This document shows, in pieces, positions 1 to 12,272 of a stretch of DNA of 64,000 bases (position 1 is its first letter; each line of letters starts with the position of its first letter). Made by a program: the position numbers and the translations under genes. The stretch spans positions 4,402,001 through 4,466,000 of the forward strand of contig NW_027362773.1 of NCBI RefSeq assembly GCF_046119375.1, given 5' to 3'. The notes beneath the pieces are model-generated. The model was given only the letters and a program-made list of their open reading frames with translations, made no database searches and had not been told where the DNA came from. The DNA is from Phyllobates terribilis. Lineage: Eukaryota.

Positions 1-2211
1 AAAGGCTGAGATATTAAACAGGCACTTTTCATCCATCTTCATCATTGAACCGTCTGTTCCAGGGATCTTTCAACAAGGCAAAAATCAAAGTTCACCACCT
101 GATTTTACTAGTTTAACACAAAAAGAAATACGTCTGCTTTTGAGCAAATTAAACATTGACAAATCCCCTGACCCAGATGGCATTCATCCACGTTTACTGA
201 GGTTGAGCTCTGTAATTGACAGACCGCTGTATCTCATATTCTTAGACTCTCTTGTAACAGAGTTAGTCCCACAGAATTGGAGGATAAATGATGTGGTACC
301 GATATTTAAGAAAGGTAAGAAGGTGGATCCAGGTAACTACCATCCAGTAAGTCTGACGTCGGTAGTATGCTAAGTTTTTGAAAGCGTCCTAAAAGATGAC
401 CTACAGCGTTATATAGCAGAGAATAATATAATAAATGATAGCACGGATTCATGAAAAATAGGTTTTGTATAACCAACATGTTGGGTTTCTATGAGGAGGT
501 AAGTACAAATCTGGATGTTGGTAATGCGGCTGATGTGATTTATCTGGACTTTGCAAAGGCATTTAATACTGTACCACATAACAGCCTTATACTGAATCTA
601 CAGAAGCTAGAACTAGGGGGAACTATATGCAGATGGGTAAGAAATTGGCTAAATGATAGGCAACAAAGAGTCATCCTAAATGATACGTTCTCTAAATTGG
701 ATATAGTCAGCCAGGGCCAGCATCAGCAGCAGGGCAAGTGCCATCAGAAGGGCCCACTTGCCGTCGGGGCCCTGGCCACTCCCCCAGCCTCTGTGCAGGA
801 CCGCCACTGGCACTGTTTAATGATATTCGCTTTACCAGACATCGCAGTGCGCTGTACGGCTGTGTCTGGTAGTAATGACACAGCAGGGGCGACACTGCAC
901 CTTTAATTGTGCTTGTGTCTCCCCTGTCACATCATTAGTAGCAGGCACAGCGCACTGCGCGCAGGAAGCCATGTCTGGTGAAGTGACAGTACTCAAACTG
1001 CACCTGCGGTCCTGCACAGACGCTGGGGGAGCGGCCCAGACCCCGATGGTGAGTGGGCTCCCCTGATGATCCAGGGCCATGTCTGCTTGGCGGGACTCAA
1101 ACTGAGGGCTGGTGAGCAAGGCTTGTTGCCAGCTTCCCCAATCCCCATATTAAAACTATTTATAGTGTGTGTGTGTATGATGTAAATGTCTGTACATGAC
1201 TGTGTATATATATTTGATTGTTTTAAGATGTTTTTAAGAATGTGTTCAAATATGTATGTGTATCTGTGTGTACGTATCTGTATATGTTTGTGTATGTGTG
1301 TGTCTGCATTTTGTATGTGTGCATATCTGAGTACTGTGTGCATGTGTGTGCATGTCTGAGTACTGTGTGCGCGAGCATGTCTGCGTACTGGGTGTGCGCG
1401 CGCATGTCTGCATATGTGAAGGATGAGGGGACAGCCTGGGCCCTGTGTTGTATACCTATATTCTAATGCCGTATCTGTGCGTCACGAATTGTGGTATGTT
1501 TTAAAGGGTCCCACGAAAACCTGGAGCCGCCCCTGTAGTCAGCAGTGGGGTACCGCAGGGATCTGTGCTAGGACCAATTCTTTTTAACCTCTTTACTAAT
1601 GACCTAGTAGATGGGATTGATGGTAAAGTGTCAGTCTTTGCTGATAACACCAAACTATGTAGGATATTAAAATCTGACCTTAACATTGCGATATTGCAGA
1701 ACGATCTGGACAAGATGTCTGAATGGGCAAACACTTGGCAGATGAGGTTTAATGTAGATAAATGTAGAGTAATGCACCTAGGATGGAGTAATCCTATTGC
1801 TGCATATACATTAAATGGGAGTTTACTCAGGACTACAGAACAAGAGAAGGACTTGGGTATTCTGAGTGCTGCTGCTCAGCTTACTTGTAACCAATGTCAA
1901 GCAGCAGCCGCAAAAGCAAACAAGATTTTAGGATCTATAAAAAGGGAGATAAAAATACCATGATCCCAACATACTGTTACCCTTTTATAAATCACTGGTG
2001 AGGCCACATCTGGAATATGGGATCCAGTTTTGGTCTCCACATTTTAAAAAGGATATTCAGAAGTTAATCACTTCAAAGGTGGGCAACTAGACTATTACAA
2101 GGGATGGAAGGCCTCTCATATGATAGGTTGAAAAAGTTCAGCTTGTTTAGCTTAGAAAAATGACGCTTCAGAGGGGATCTCATTTACATGTATAAATATA
2201 TGTGTGGTCAG
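1..2211 (+). mobile_element. Decayed CR1-clade LINE ORF2 (RT region), split by a MITE at 712-1535
   Basis: ORF pieces 140-373 (KSPDPDGIHPRLL, PIFKKG..DPGNYHPVSLTS), 451-700 (YLDFAKAFNTVPH) and 1565-1963 (GPILFNLF..VSVFADNTKL) are typical CR1 RT motifs with stops/frameshifts; VS/SGVPQGSVLGP rejoins across the insertion. Confidence 0.9.
712..1535. mobile_element. Non-autonomous hAT-type element (MITE), 824 bp
   Basis: Perfect 8 bp TSD TAGTCAGC (704-711, 1536-1543); termini CAGGGCCAGC / GCCGCCCCTG; internal imperfect palindrome ~735-1075 and a TG-rich tract ~1160-1400. Confidence 0.85.
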
Positions 2212-4860
2212 TAGTGATGAGCGAGCACTAAATTGCTCGGGTCGAGCAAATTGGAATACTCAGGTGCTCGACCCGAGCAACGAGCCCAATGTAAATCTAT
2301 GGGAAACTCGAGCATTTTTCCGGCGGCTCCCCCCGGCGGTCTGCAGATGGCCTAAAAATTGCCCAAATCGATGGGAACAGTGCTCAAATTACATGGGAAC
2401 AGCATGGGGAAGACCCCTGGAAGCATTTCTGACTCCCAGGTCATTGCTGTCAACAACGTTAGAGTATTAAGCCACTTTTACGGACTCACAATAAAACATA
2501 CAAAAAACAAAATGGATTTTCCTGGGAAATATACTAAGGAACATCCTTTCCAGGGTAATGACTTGTATATAAGGCAAAATAAATAACCAAAACTACTCCT
2601 CCACACCTTGGGCTATGTTCACACGTAGCGTTTTTGATGCGGTTTTTCACTTTTGCATTGCTTTCAACCGTGACAAATGCATTCAATGGGAAATGTCATT
2701 TTGACATTTTACAACCTTATCTGGCCATATGGTGTGTGACACATCATATGAGTGATTCCAACGGCTGAACAATTTTAGGAAAAGCCACACTAAGAATTTA
2801 AAGACACATAGAGCAGGGCCACAGTAATGACAAATTCCTATTAGAAAGGAGAGAGTCTCCCATAGTGTTGGCCTATGCATTGAATGCAAGGGCTGCCAAA
2901 AATTTGGAGGCACTTCAATGCCCCTTGGAAGAGGCGTGGAGAGGAGGGCCTCATAAAAAAATGTTCCCATTAGAAAGGATCAGGACTCCTATACTTGTAA
3001 TGCCCATTCACTAAGTGTATGGGCTGACAAACATTTACCCCTGGGGGGGTATAATTGAACATACTGTATAAAAAAAATTTTTTATGGGCATCATAAACAC
3101 CCTATAAAAAATTATGTGGGTGTTGCATCACTTACCACGGTCACCCTGGTGATATGGTGGTGGAAGATGAGGAGATGGAGGAGGACAAGAGCAAATAGCC
3201 AAAATTAGGAAGCGTATACCCATGTCTGAGTGTGAAAAGGTGCATGGGAATACACCTCACAATAAAAGACACTGGATTTGAGTTTGTTACGCTGCTATCA
3301 TTCAGTGGTGTTGAAAAGTCTGGCCCAATCCAGCCCTTGTTCATTTTTATAAGAGTCAGCCTGTCAGCATTTTCAGTATACAGGCAGATGCGCTTATCAG
3401 TTATAATTCCACCAGCGGCACTAAAAACCCACTCTGATAAAACGCTGGCGGAAGGGCAGGCCAGGACATCCAAGGCATAGAGAGCCAGTTCATTCCACGT
3501 ATCCAGATTGGATACCCAATAATTTTAAGGCACAGAGGAATCACGGAGGACATAGGTATGGTCGGCAAGGTACTCCCTCAGCATCTTCCAAAACTTTGCA
3601 CTCCTTGTGAGAGTAACCCGCGCCTCAGGGCCTGTGCGATGGGAGGGTCTGAGAAAACTCTCCCAGAACTTTTACAGTGTTCCATTGCCTCTGCTGGATT
3701 GGAGTTGTGTCTCTCTCGCCTCTACTCCTTGGTTGTCCAACGAAGTGGGCCCTCTGCCCCCAGCATTTTCAGATGGGAATTTTTTTAATAGTTCCGCAGC
3801 AAGGGCCTTCTGGTACAGCCCCATTTTTGTAGACCTGTCCGCCTCAGGTATAAGAGATATAAAGTTCTCCTTGTAGCGTGGGTCTAGAAGTGTCACCAAC
3901 CAGTAATTACTGTCACCGAAAAGTTTGAGAGCGCAAGGGTCATGGGAAAGGCAGCCTAACATAAACTCAGCCATGCGTGGCAGACAACTAACAGGCAAGA
4001 CTTCCTGTGTCCTCACCAAGAGGATGACTGACCATGCTCTCCTCCTCCTCTCTGGCCAGCTGTGCAGGTAGTACCGTCTATAGTGCATGAAACTAGCTCC
4101 TGTCCTTCCTCCTCTTTCTCATTGTCACCCAATGCACATTGGGATGAGATGAGGCTTGGCTGTGTGTAATCACCCTGTATGGTTCCTTGCTCCATCTTAT
4201 CTTGCTCCGCCTGCAATGCATCCTCTTTGATTGTGAGCAGAGAGCATTTCAGAAGACTGAGAAGCGGGATGGTGACGCTAATTATGGCGTCATCGCCGCT
4301 CAACATCGTGGTGGAGTCCTCAAAGTTTTGGAAGATGGTACATATGTCTGACATCCATGTCCACTCCTGAGGTCTTATGTGTGGAGTCTGAACTGTATAC
4401 CGACGGCCTTGTTGATGCTGGTACTCAACAACTGCCCTCTTCTGCTCACAAATCCTTCCCAACATCTGCAGTGTAGAGTTCCAACGCATGGGGACATCAC
4501 ACACCAGTCTGTCAGGACTCTGAGTATTTTCTATTACCTTTTGGGCATTCCTGCCCTTTTTCAAGATGGCGTCCTTGGTCTCATGTTCCCTTTGTCTTCT
4601 GCTTTATAACTCCCACCCCACCCTCCTGCCAGTGCTTCAGTATTCTGCCTGTGACCAGTTCCTGGTGGCTTCCTGGCTTTCTGCATGCTCCTGCAATCCT
4701 GTGTGATTCTCCAGTCTCCTGCTCACAAGAGATCCTGCTGAATACCCTGATTTCCAGCATTCCTCCTGCCTCTGCTGCTCGTGCTGCTTCCTTTGTGCCT
4801 CTGCTCCGACCTGCATTTGCTGTACACGTAAGCTGGTTTCTGCTCTGTTCCTACATACTA

Positions 4861-6429
4861 CAGTCATGGCCAAAAGTATTGAGAATCAGACAAATAGTAA
4901 TTTTTCCAAAGTTTACTGCTTCATTTTTTGTAATGGCAATTTGCATATACTCCTGAATGTCAAAGAGTGATCAGCTTAACAGCAATTACTGTACTTGCAA
5001 AGTCAATATTTTCCCAGAAAATGAACTTTAACCCCCAAAACACATTTCAACATCATTGCAGTCCTGCCTTAAAAGGAGCAGCTAACATCGTTTTAGTGAT
5101 TAATCCATTAACACAGGTGTGGGTGTTGATGAGGACAGGACTGGCGATCAATCAGTCATGATTAAGTAAGAATGACATCACTGGACACTTTAAAAGGAGG
5201 CTGGTTCTTGGTATCATTGTTTCTCTTCAGTTAACCATGGTTATCTCTAAAGAAACACGTGCAGCCATCATTGCACTGCACAAAAATGGCCTAACAGGGA
5301 AGAGTATCGCAGCTACAAAGATTGCACCTCAGTCAACAATCTATCGCATCATCAAGAACTTCAAGGAGAGAGCTTCCATTGTTGTCAAAAAGGCTCCAGG
5401 GCCCCCAAGAAAGACCAGCAAGCGCCAGGACCGTACCTTAATACTGTTTCAGCTGCGGGATCGGACTACCAGTAGTGCCGAGCTTGCTCAGGAATGGCAG
5501 ACTGGTGTGAGTGCTTCTGCACGCACTGTGAGGCGGAGAGTCTTTGAGCAAGGGCTGGTTTCAAGGAGGGGGCAGCAAAGAAGCCACTTCTCTCCAGAAA
5601 AAACATCAGGGACCGACTGATATTCTGCAAAAGGTACAGGGAGTGGACTGCTGAGGACTGGGGCAAAGTCATTTTCTCTGATGAATCCCCTTTTCGATTG
5701 TTTGGGACATCTGGAAAACAGCTTATTCGGAGAAGAAGAGGTGAGCGCTACCACCAGTCTTGTCTCATGCCAACTGTAAAGCATCCTGAAACCATTCATG
5801 TGTGGGGTTGCTTCTCAGCCAAGGGAATCGGCTCACTCACAGTCTTGCCTAAAAACACAGCCATGAATAAAGAATGGTACCAGAATGTCCTCCAAGAGCA
5901 ACTTCTCCCAACCGTCCAAGAGCAGTTTGGCGCCCAAAAATGCCTTTTCCAGCATGATGGAGCACCTTGCCATAAAGCAAAGGTGATAACAAAATGGCTC
6001 ATGGAACAAAACATAGAGATTTTGGGTCCATGGCCTGGAAACTTCCCAGATCTTAATCCCATTGAGAACTTGTGGTCAATCCTCAAGAGACGGGTGGACA
6101 AACAAAAACCAACAAATTCTGGCAAAATGCGAGCATTGATTATGCAAGAATGGACTGCTATCAGTCAGGATTTGGTCCAAAAGTTGATTGAGAGCATGCC
6201 AGGGAGAATTACAGAGGTCTTGAAGAAGAAGGGGCAGCACTGCAAATATTGACTTGCTGCATTAACTCATTCTAACTGTCAATATAATCTATTGGTACTC
6301 ATAATATGATTGCAATTATATTTCTGTATGTGATATAAACATCAGACAAACACTAATAAAAACCAGAGGCCAGCAGATCATGTGAAAATATAATTTTGGT
6401 GTCATTCTCAAAACTTTTGGCCATGACTG
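4861..6429 (+). mobile_element. Tc1/mariner transposon, DD35E spacing (Traveler-like), frameshifted transposase
   Basis: TA TSD (4859-60, 6430-31); ~26 bp TIR CAGTCATGGCCAAAAGT; ORFs 5237-5620 and 5698-6252 with FSDES, QHDGAPCH, WPGNFPDLNPIENLW; 35 residues counted between the second D and the E. Confidence 0.9.
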
Positions 6430-6515
6430 TATAAATAGAATCAGAGCACAGGTTTGTTCTGGACTTTCTGAGATTTTCTATTCCAGGCCTCCCTGGACAA
6501 TTAAATATATATATA

Positions 6516-8140
6516 CAGTACAGACCAAAAGTTTGGACACACCTCATTTAAAGATTTTTCTGTATTCTCATGACTGAAAATTGTACATTCACACTGAAGG
6601 CATCAAAACTATGAATTAACACATGTGGAATTATATACATAACAAAAAAGTGTGAAACAACTGAAAATATGTTTTATATTCTAGCTTCCTCAAAGTAGCC
6701 ACCTTTTGCTTTGATGACTGCTTTGCACACTCTTGGCATTCTCTTGGTGAGCTTCAAAAGGTAGTCACCAGAAATGGTCTTCCAACAATCTTGAAGGAGT
6801 TCCCAGAGATGCTTAGCACTTGTTTGCCCTTTTGCCTTCACTCTGTGGTCCAGCTTACCCCAAACCATCTCGATTGGGTTCAGGTCTGGTGACTGTGGAG
6901 GCCAGGTCATCTAGTGTAGCACCCCATCACTCTCCTTCTTCGTCAAATAGCCCTTACACAGCCTGGAGGTGTGTTTGGGGTCATTGTCCTGTTGAAAAAT
7001 AAATGATGGTCCAACTAAATGCAAACAGGATGAAATAGTATGCCGCTGCAAGATGCTGTGGTAGCCATGCTGGTTCAGTATGCCTTCAATTTTGAATAAA
7101 TACCCAACAGTGTCACCAGCAAAGCACCCCCACACCATCACACCTCCTCCTGCATGCTTCACGGTGGGAACCAGGCATGTAGAGTCCATCCGTTCACCTT
7201 TTCTGCGTCGCACAAAGACACGGTGGTTGGAACCAAAGATCTCAAATTTGGACTCATCAGACCAAAGCACAGATTTCCACGGGTCTAATGTCCATTCCTT
7301 GTGTTCTTTAGCCCAAACAAGTCTCTTCTGCTTGTTGCCTGTCCTTAGAAGTGGTTTCCTAGCAGCTATTTTACCATGAAGGCCTGCTGCACAAAGTCTC
7401 CTCTTAACAGTTGTTGTAGAGATGTGTCTGCTGCTAGAACTCTGTGTGGCATTGACCTGGTCTCTAACCTGAACTGCTGTTAACCTGCAATTTCTGAGGC
7501 TGGTGACTCGGATAAACTTATCCTCAGAAGCAGAGGTGACTCTTGGTCTTCCTTTCCTGGGGTGGTCCTCATGTGAGCCAGTTTCTTTGTAGCACTTGAT
7601 GGTTTTTGCAACTGCACTTGGGGACACTTTCAAAGTTTGCCCAATTTTTCGGACTGACTGACCTTCATTTCTTAAAGTAATGATGGCCACTCATTTTTCT
7701 TTACTTAGCTGCTTTTTTCTTGCTATAATACAAATTCTAACAGTCTATTCAGTAGGATTATCAGCTGTGTATCCACGAGACTTCTGCACAGCACAACTGA
7801 TGGTCCCAACCCCATTTATAAGGCAAGAAATCCCACTTATTAAACCTGACAGGGCACACCTGTGAAGTGAAAACCATTTCCGGTGACTACCTCTTGAAGC
7901 TCATCAAGAGAATGCCAAGAGTGTGCAAAGCAGTCATCAAAGCAAAAGGTGGCTACTTTTAAGAACCTAGAATATAAGACATATTTTCAGTTGTTTCACA
8001 CTTTTTTGTTAAGTATATAATTCCACATGTGTTAATTCATAGTTTTGATGCCTTCAGTGTGAATGTACAATTTTCAAAGTCATGAAAATACAGAAAAATC
8101 TTAAAATGAGAAGGTGTGTCCAAACTTTTTGTCTGTACTG
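6516..8140 (-). mobile_element. Tc1/mariner transposon, DD38E spacing (Intruder-like), one nonsense codon
   Basis: TIR CAGTACAGACCAAAAGTTTGGACAC with inverted similarity extending ~260 bp and overlapping the ORF end; ORFs 6911-7690 and 6674-6910 are in frame, separated by TAG at 6911-6913; WSDESKF, QQDNDPKH..SPDLNPIEMVW with 38 intervening positions. Confidence 0.9.
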
Positions 8141-8149
8141 TGTATATAT

Positions 8150-9622
8150 CATAGAATCATAGAATGGTAGAGTTGGAAGGGACCTCCTGGGTCATCTGGT
8201 CCAACCCCCTGCTCAAAGCAGGATTCACTAAATCATCTCAGACAGATGTCTGTCCAGCCTCTGTTTGAAGACGTCCATTGAAGGGGAACTCACCACCTCT
8301 CGTGGCAGCCTGTTCCACTCATTAATCACCCTAACTGTCAAAAAGTTTTTTCTAATATCTAATCTGTGTCTCCTCCCATTTAGTTTCATCTCATTGCTTC
8401 TAGTCTTTCCTTGTGAAAATGAGAATAAAGATGATCCTTCTACAATGTGACAGCCCTTGACATATTTGTAGACAGCTATTAAGTCTCCTCTGTCTTCTTT
8501 TTTGCAAGCTAAACATTCCCAAATCCTGCAACCGTTCCTCATAGGACATGGTTTGCAGACCAGTCACCATTCTGGTCGCTCTTCTCTGAACTTGCTCCAG
8601 TTTGTCGATGTCTTTTTTAAAATGTGGTGCCCAAAACTGTACACAGTATTCCAGATGAGGTCTGACCAAAGAGGAGTAAAGACCGATAATGACTTCACGT
8701 GATCTAGACTGTATGCTTCTGTTAATACATCCCAGAATTGTATTTGCCTTTTTTGCTGCTGCATCACACTGTTGACTCATGTTCAGTCTATGATCTATTA
8801 GTATACCTAAGTCTTTTTCACATGTACTGTTGCTTAGCTCTATTCCTCCCATTCTGTATATGCTTTTTTCATTTTTATTGCCCAGATGTAGTACTTTGCA
8901 TTTTTCCCTGTTAAAAAACATTCTGTTGGTTGCTGCCCACTGCTCCAGTTTATTTAGGTCTTTTTGAATCCTCTCTCTCTCTTCTCTAGTATTAGCTATC
9001 CCTCCTAGCTTTGTGTCATCAGCAAATTTAATCAGTTTACCCTCAATTCCTTCATCTAAATCATTGATGAAGATGTTGAACAATACAGGTCCCAGGACAG
9101 AGCCCTGTGGTACCCCACTTGAGACATTCATCCAGCTGGATGTGAAGCCATTTACAACCACCCTTTGAGTCCGATCACTAAGCCAGTTATGAATCCACCT
9201 AACAGTTGCCTGGTCCATTGCATACTTGGTCATTTTTTCAATAAGGATGGTGTGAGATACTTTGTCAAATGCTTTGCTGAAGTCAAGATATACTATATCT
9301 ACAGCATTTCCCTGATCCACCCAGTCAGTGATTCTGTCATAGAAGGAAATTAAGTTAGTCTGACTTGACTTGTTAGTTACAAACCCATGCTGACTCTGGT
9401 TAATCACTTCATTCTTATCCAGGTACTTACATACATGTTGTTTAATAATTTGTTCAAAGATCTTTCCTGGTATAGAAGTCAGACTCACCGGCCTATAGTT
9501 CCCTGGGTCCACCTTCTTCCCCTTTTTGAAGATAGGAACAACATTTGCTCTTCTCCAGTCTTCTGGGACTTCTCTTCTCCAGTCTTCTGGGACTTCTCCT
9601 GTTCTCCAAGAATTTTCAAAGA
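8150..9622 (-). mobile_element. 5'-truncated CR1 LINE (RT domain and 3' end)
   Basis: ORF 8400-9512: DPGNYRPVSLTS, YLDFSKAFD, SGVPQGSVLGP, KFADDTKL; (ATTCTATG)n-type tail at 8150-8165; same family as 26490-29535. Confidence 0.92.
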
Positions 9623-12272
9623 GACATATATATTTTCAAAGAGACATATATATTTATACATATATAGTATATATGGATTTGCTTATATAAATATATACCT
9701 AACTTTGTTTGGACTAAACAAAGACTTTCTTGTGACAAGCATCTTCATGTGTTTATGGACTTAAAGAGTTTTTCTCTGCACTAGTGTTTATTCACAGTGT
9801 GTTAATAATATAGACTTTCCACCTATAAACTGTGTTCTGTCGTGTCTCCACGCAAAAGGGCTCCTGATATATCCATTATAATTGTTACACAGTCTGTGAG
9901 CCGGAAGCTGCAAACGCTGCTGAAACACGGCAAGGGCGGCGGAAGCTGTAGCTGACTTTCTAAAATGGGCACAGGCGGTGTACTTTAACAAGCAGATCCG
10001 GCAGCTCCGGGTAGGATTTGAGAAACCGCTGAACCATGAGGTTATGCACATGGGCTAGGCATGGTACGTGTGTGAGCTCGCCTCGCCTCAGAGCCGCCAC
10101 CAGGTTCCGGCCATTGTCACACATGACCATGCCTGGCTGTAGGTTCAGCGGTGTGAGCCACAGATCTGCCTGCTCTTTCAGAGCTGTCCACAACTCTTCA
10201 GCATTGTGAGGTTTGTCACCTAAGCATATTAGCTTCAGCACAGCCTGTTGGCGCTTGGTCGAGGCAGTGCTGCAGTGCTTCCAGCTTGTGACTGATGTGG
10301 TCATTTCGGAGATGGAGGCTGAAGAGGAGGATGAGGTGCTGGAGCTGTAGACCGTGGGGGCAACCCTGATTGACCTAGGGCCCGCAATCCTTGGCGTCGG
10401 GAGGACGTGTTCCGTCTCAAGGTCCGACTGGGTCCCAGCTTCCACTATGTTAACCCAGTGTGCTGTCAGCGAGATGTACCGTCCCTGCCCGCAAGCACTT
10501 GTCCACGTGTCCGTGGTTAGGTGGACTTCCCGGTAACTGCATTGTTGAGGGCACGGCTATAGTTTTGGTACACATGCTTGTGTAATGCGGGGACGGCACA
10601 CCGGGAGAAATAGTGGCGGCTGGGGACCGAGTACCGAGGGACGGCCGCCGCCATCAGGTTGCGAAATTCTTCCGTCTCCACGAGCCTAAAAGGCAACAAT
10701 TCAAGCGCAAGCTGTCGTGAAATGTGAGAATTTAATAGTGTGTCCTGTAGGGCGTTGGCTGCATATTTGCGCTTGCGTTCCAAGGACTGGGGTATGGACA
10801 ACTGAACGCTGTGCTGGGACAAGGACATGGACGTGCTTCCCGATGCTGCTACTTCAGAGTGCGCGACAGGTGCAGGGCAGGAGGCATCTTCGCATGCCCC
10901 ATGGACAGGGGATTGGCTTGCATGCACAACAGCAGAAGAAGCTATGGTGCCACCTGCAGACACTGTTCCTGGACCCTGGGGTTCGGCCCACAAAGTCGGA
11001 TGCTTTGCTGCCATGTGCCTGATCATGTTGGTGGTGGTCAGGCTGGTCGTTTTGTCACCCCTGCTGATGCTGGCCTGGCAGGTGGTGCAAATGGCCTTTT
11101 TGAGGCTATCGGCAGAGTCTTTAAAAAACAACCAGACTCGCTTTTTCCTGCCTGTTGGGGTGCTCTGCCTCCCTCCCCCTGTGTGCTGCTGTCCTCGCTC
11201 TGCATGTCCTCCTGCCAGGTTGGGTCAGTTACTATATCATCCACCACCTCGTCTTCCACTTCCGCACCCTGGTCCTCCTCCTGACTTTGTGGCAATTGTG
11301 TCTCATCATCGTCCACCTCTTGTAACACTTTACCACCGTCGCCTTCGTGTGACCGTGGCTGCTCAAATATTTGAGCATCGCTACACTCGATCTCCTCTTG
11401 CCCCGCTGCAAGTGGACCGGGCGAGAGGCCTGAATCTATAAATGGAAAAGTGAACAGCTCTTCAGAGTGTCCAAGTGTGGGATCAGTTGTCTCCGGGTAC
11501 TTGGCATGGTGGAAGGAAGGAGGATCAGGGTGAGGAATATGCGGTCCAGACTCACGGCTACTGAGACTTGACCGTGTGAAAGACAGGGTGGTGGTTGTGA
11601 CTAAGTGACTGGAAGCATTTTCCGTTATCCAACCAACAACCTTTTGACACTGCTCTGGGTTCAAAAGTGGTGTGCTGCGGTCCCCTAGAAATTGGGACAG
11701 GAAGGTCAGGCGAGAAGATGTGGGTGTTTGTTATGGCACAATTTCAGCTTGCCCACGGCCTTGTCCTCTGCCTCTACATGCACTATTTCTATCACGTCCA
11801 GTTCCCCGTCCCTTGCCACGTGCCTTGCCCATTTTAAATGGAGGACAGTATCTTCCATGCTCACTACAAATGACTGAGTTTGGAGCGAACTTATATGTGA
11901 TCCATGTGACAGAGAAAACAGTATTAAATACCTGGCCTGTAGGTAAGCAGTTTGAACAGCAAACTGCTGTGAATTGCTTCACTGACACACTGAAAGAAAT
12001 TTTGAATGGAGGCTAGAAATGGCAGTATTTTCTGACAACGTATATGTGATCTGTGTGACGGAGAAAACACAGTTTTAGATAGCTGGATTTCTAGCGCTGT
12101 AATATGGAAAGGACCTGGCTGTATTCTGCAGTGCCAACAAGCAAATGATGCAGAAAAACTGTGTTCTCTGGATTGCTTTTTAATAGTGATGAGCGAGCAT
12201 CCTGGTCACTGCTCGGTACTCGCCCAAACTCTCCCCTTAATTATGTTAGCAGGAGGCCAGATAACATATATA

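Larger units (their letters stand above)
4510..9889 (+). mobile_element. Solo LTR inserted in the hAT transposase, itself carrying two Tc1 elements and a CR1
   Basis: Begins TGTCAGGA, ends TTGTTACA, 5 bp TSD CAGTC (4505-4509, 9890-9894); removing it restores the hAT reading PAHRLVCDVP. Residual LTR pieces 4510-4860, 6430-6515, ~9623-9889. Confidence 0.75.
2212..12000 (-). mobile_element. Decayed BED-zinc-finger hAT transposon (copy 1), interrupted at 4510-9889
   Basis: BED finger (FFKD..AICTTC..MIRHMAAKHP, 10517-11131), catalytic region (CDNGRNL, HVPCLAH, 9960-10445), RLVCDVPMRWNSTL (4013-4564), TLLDPRYK (3672-4088), C-terminal dimerisation motif CPSASVLSEWVFSAAG (3141-3473); terminus TAGTGATGAGCGAGCAC at 2212. 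Right boundary approximate. Confidence 0.85.

Noticed and set aside
12184-12225. TAGTGATGAGCGAGCAT as the far end of hAT copy 1
   Set aside because: It is in the same orientation as the end at 2212 and lacks the matching 8 bp flank; more likely a truncated separate copy.
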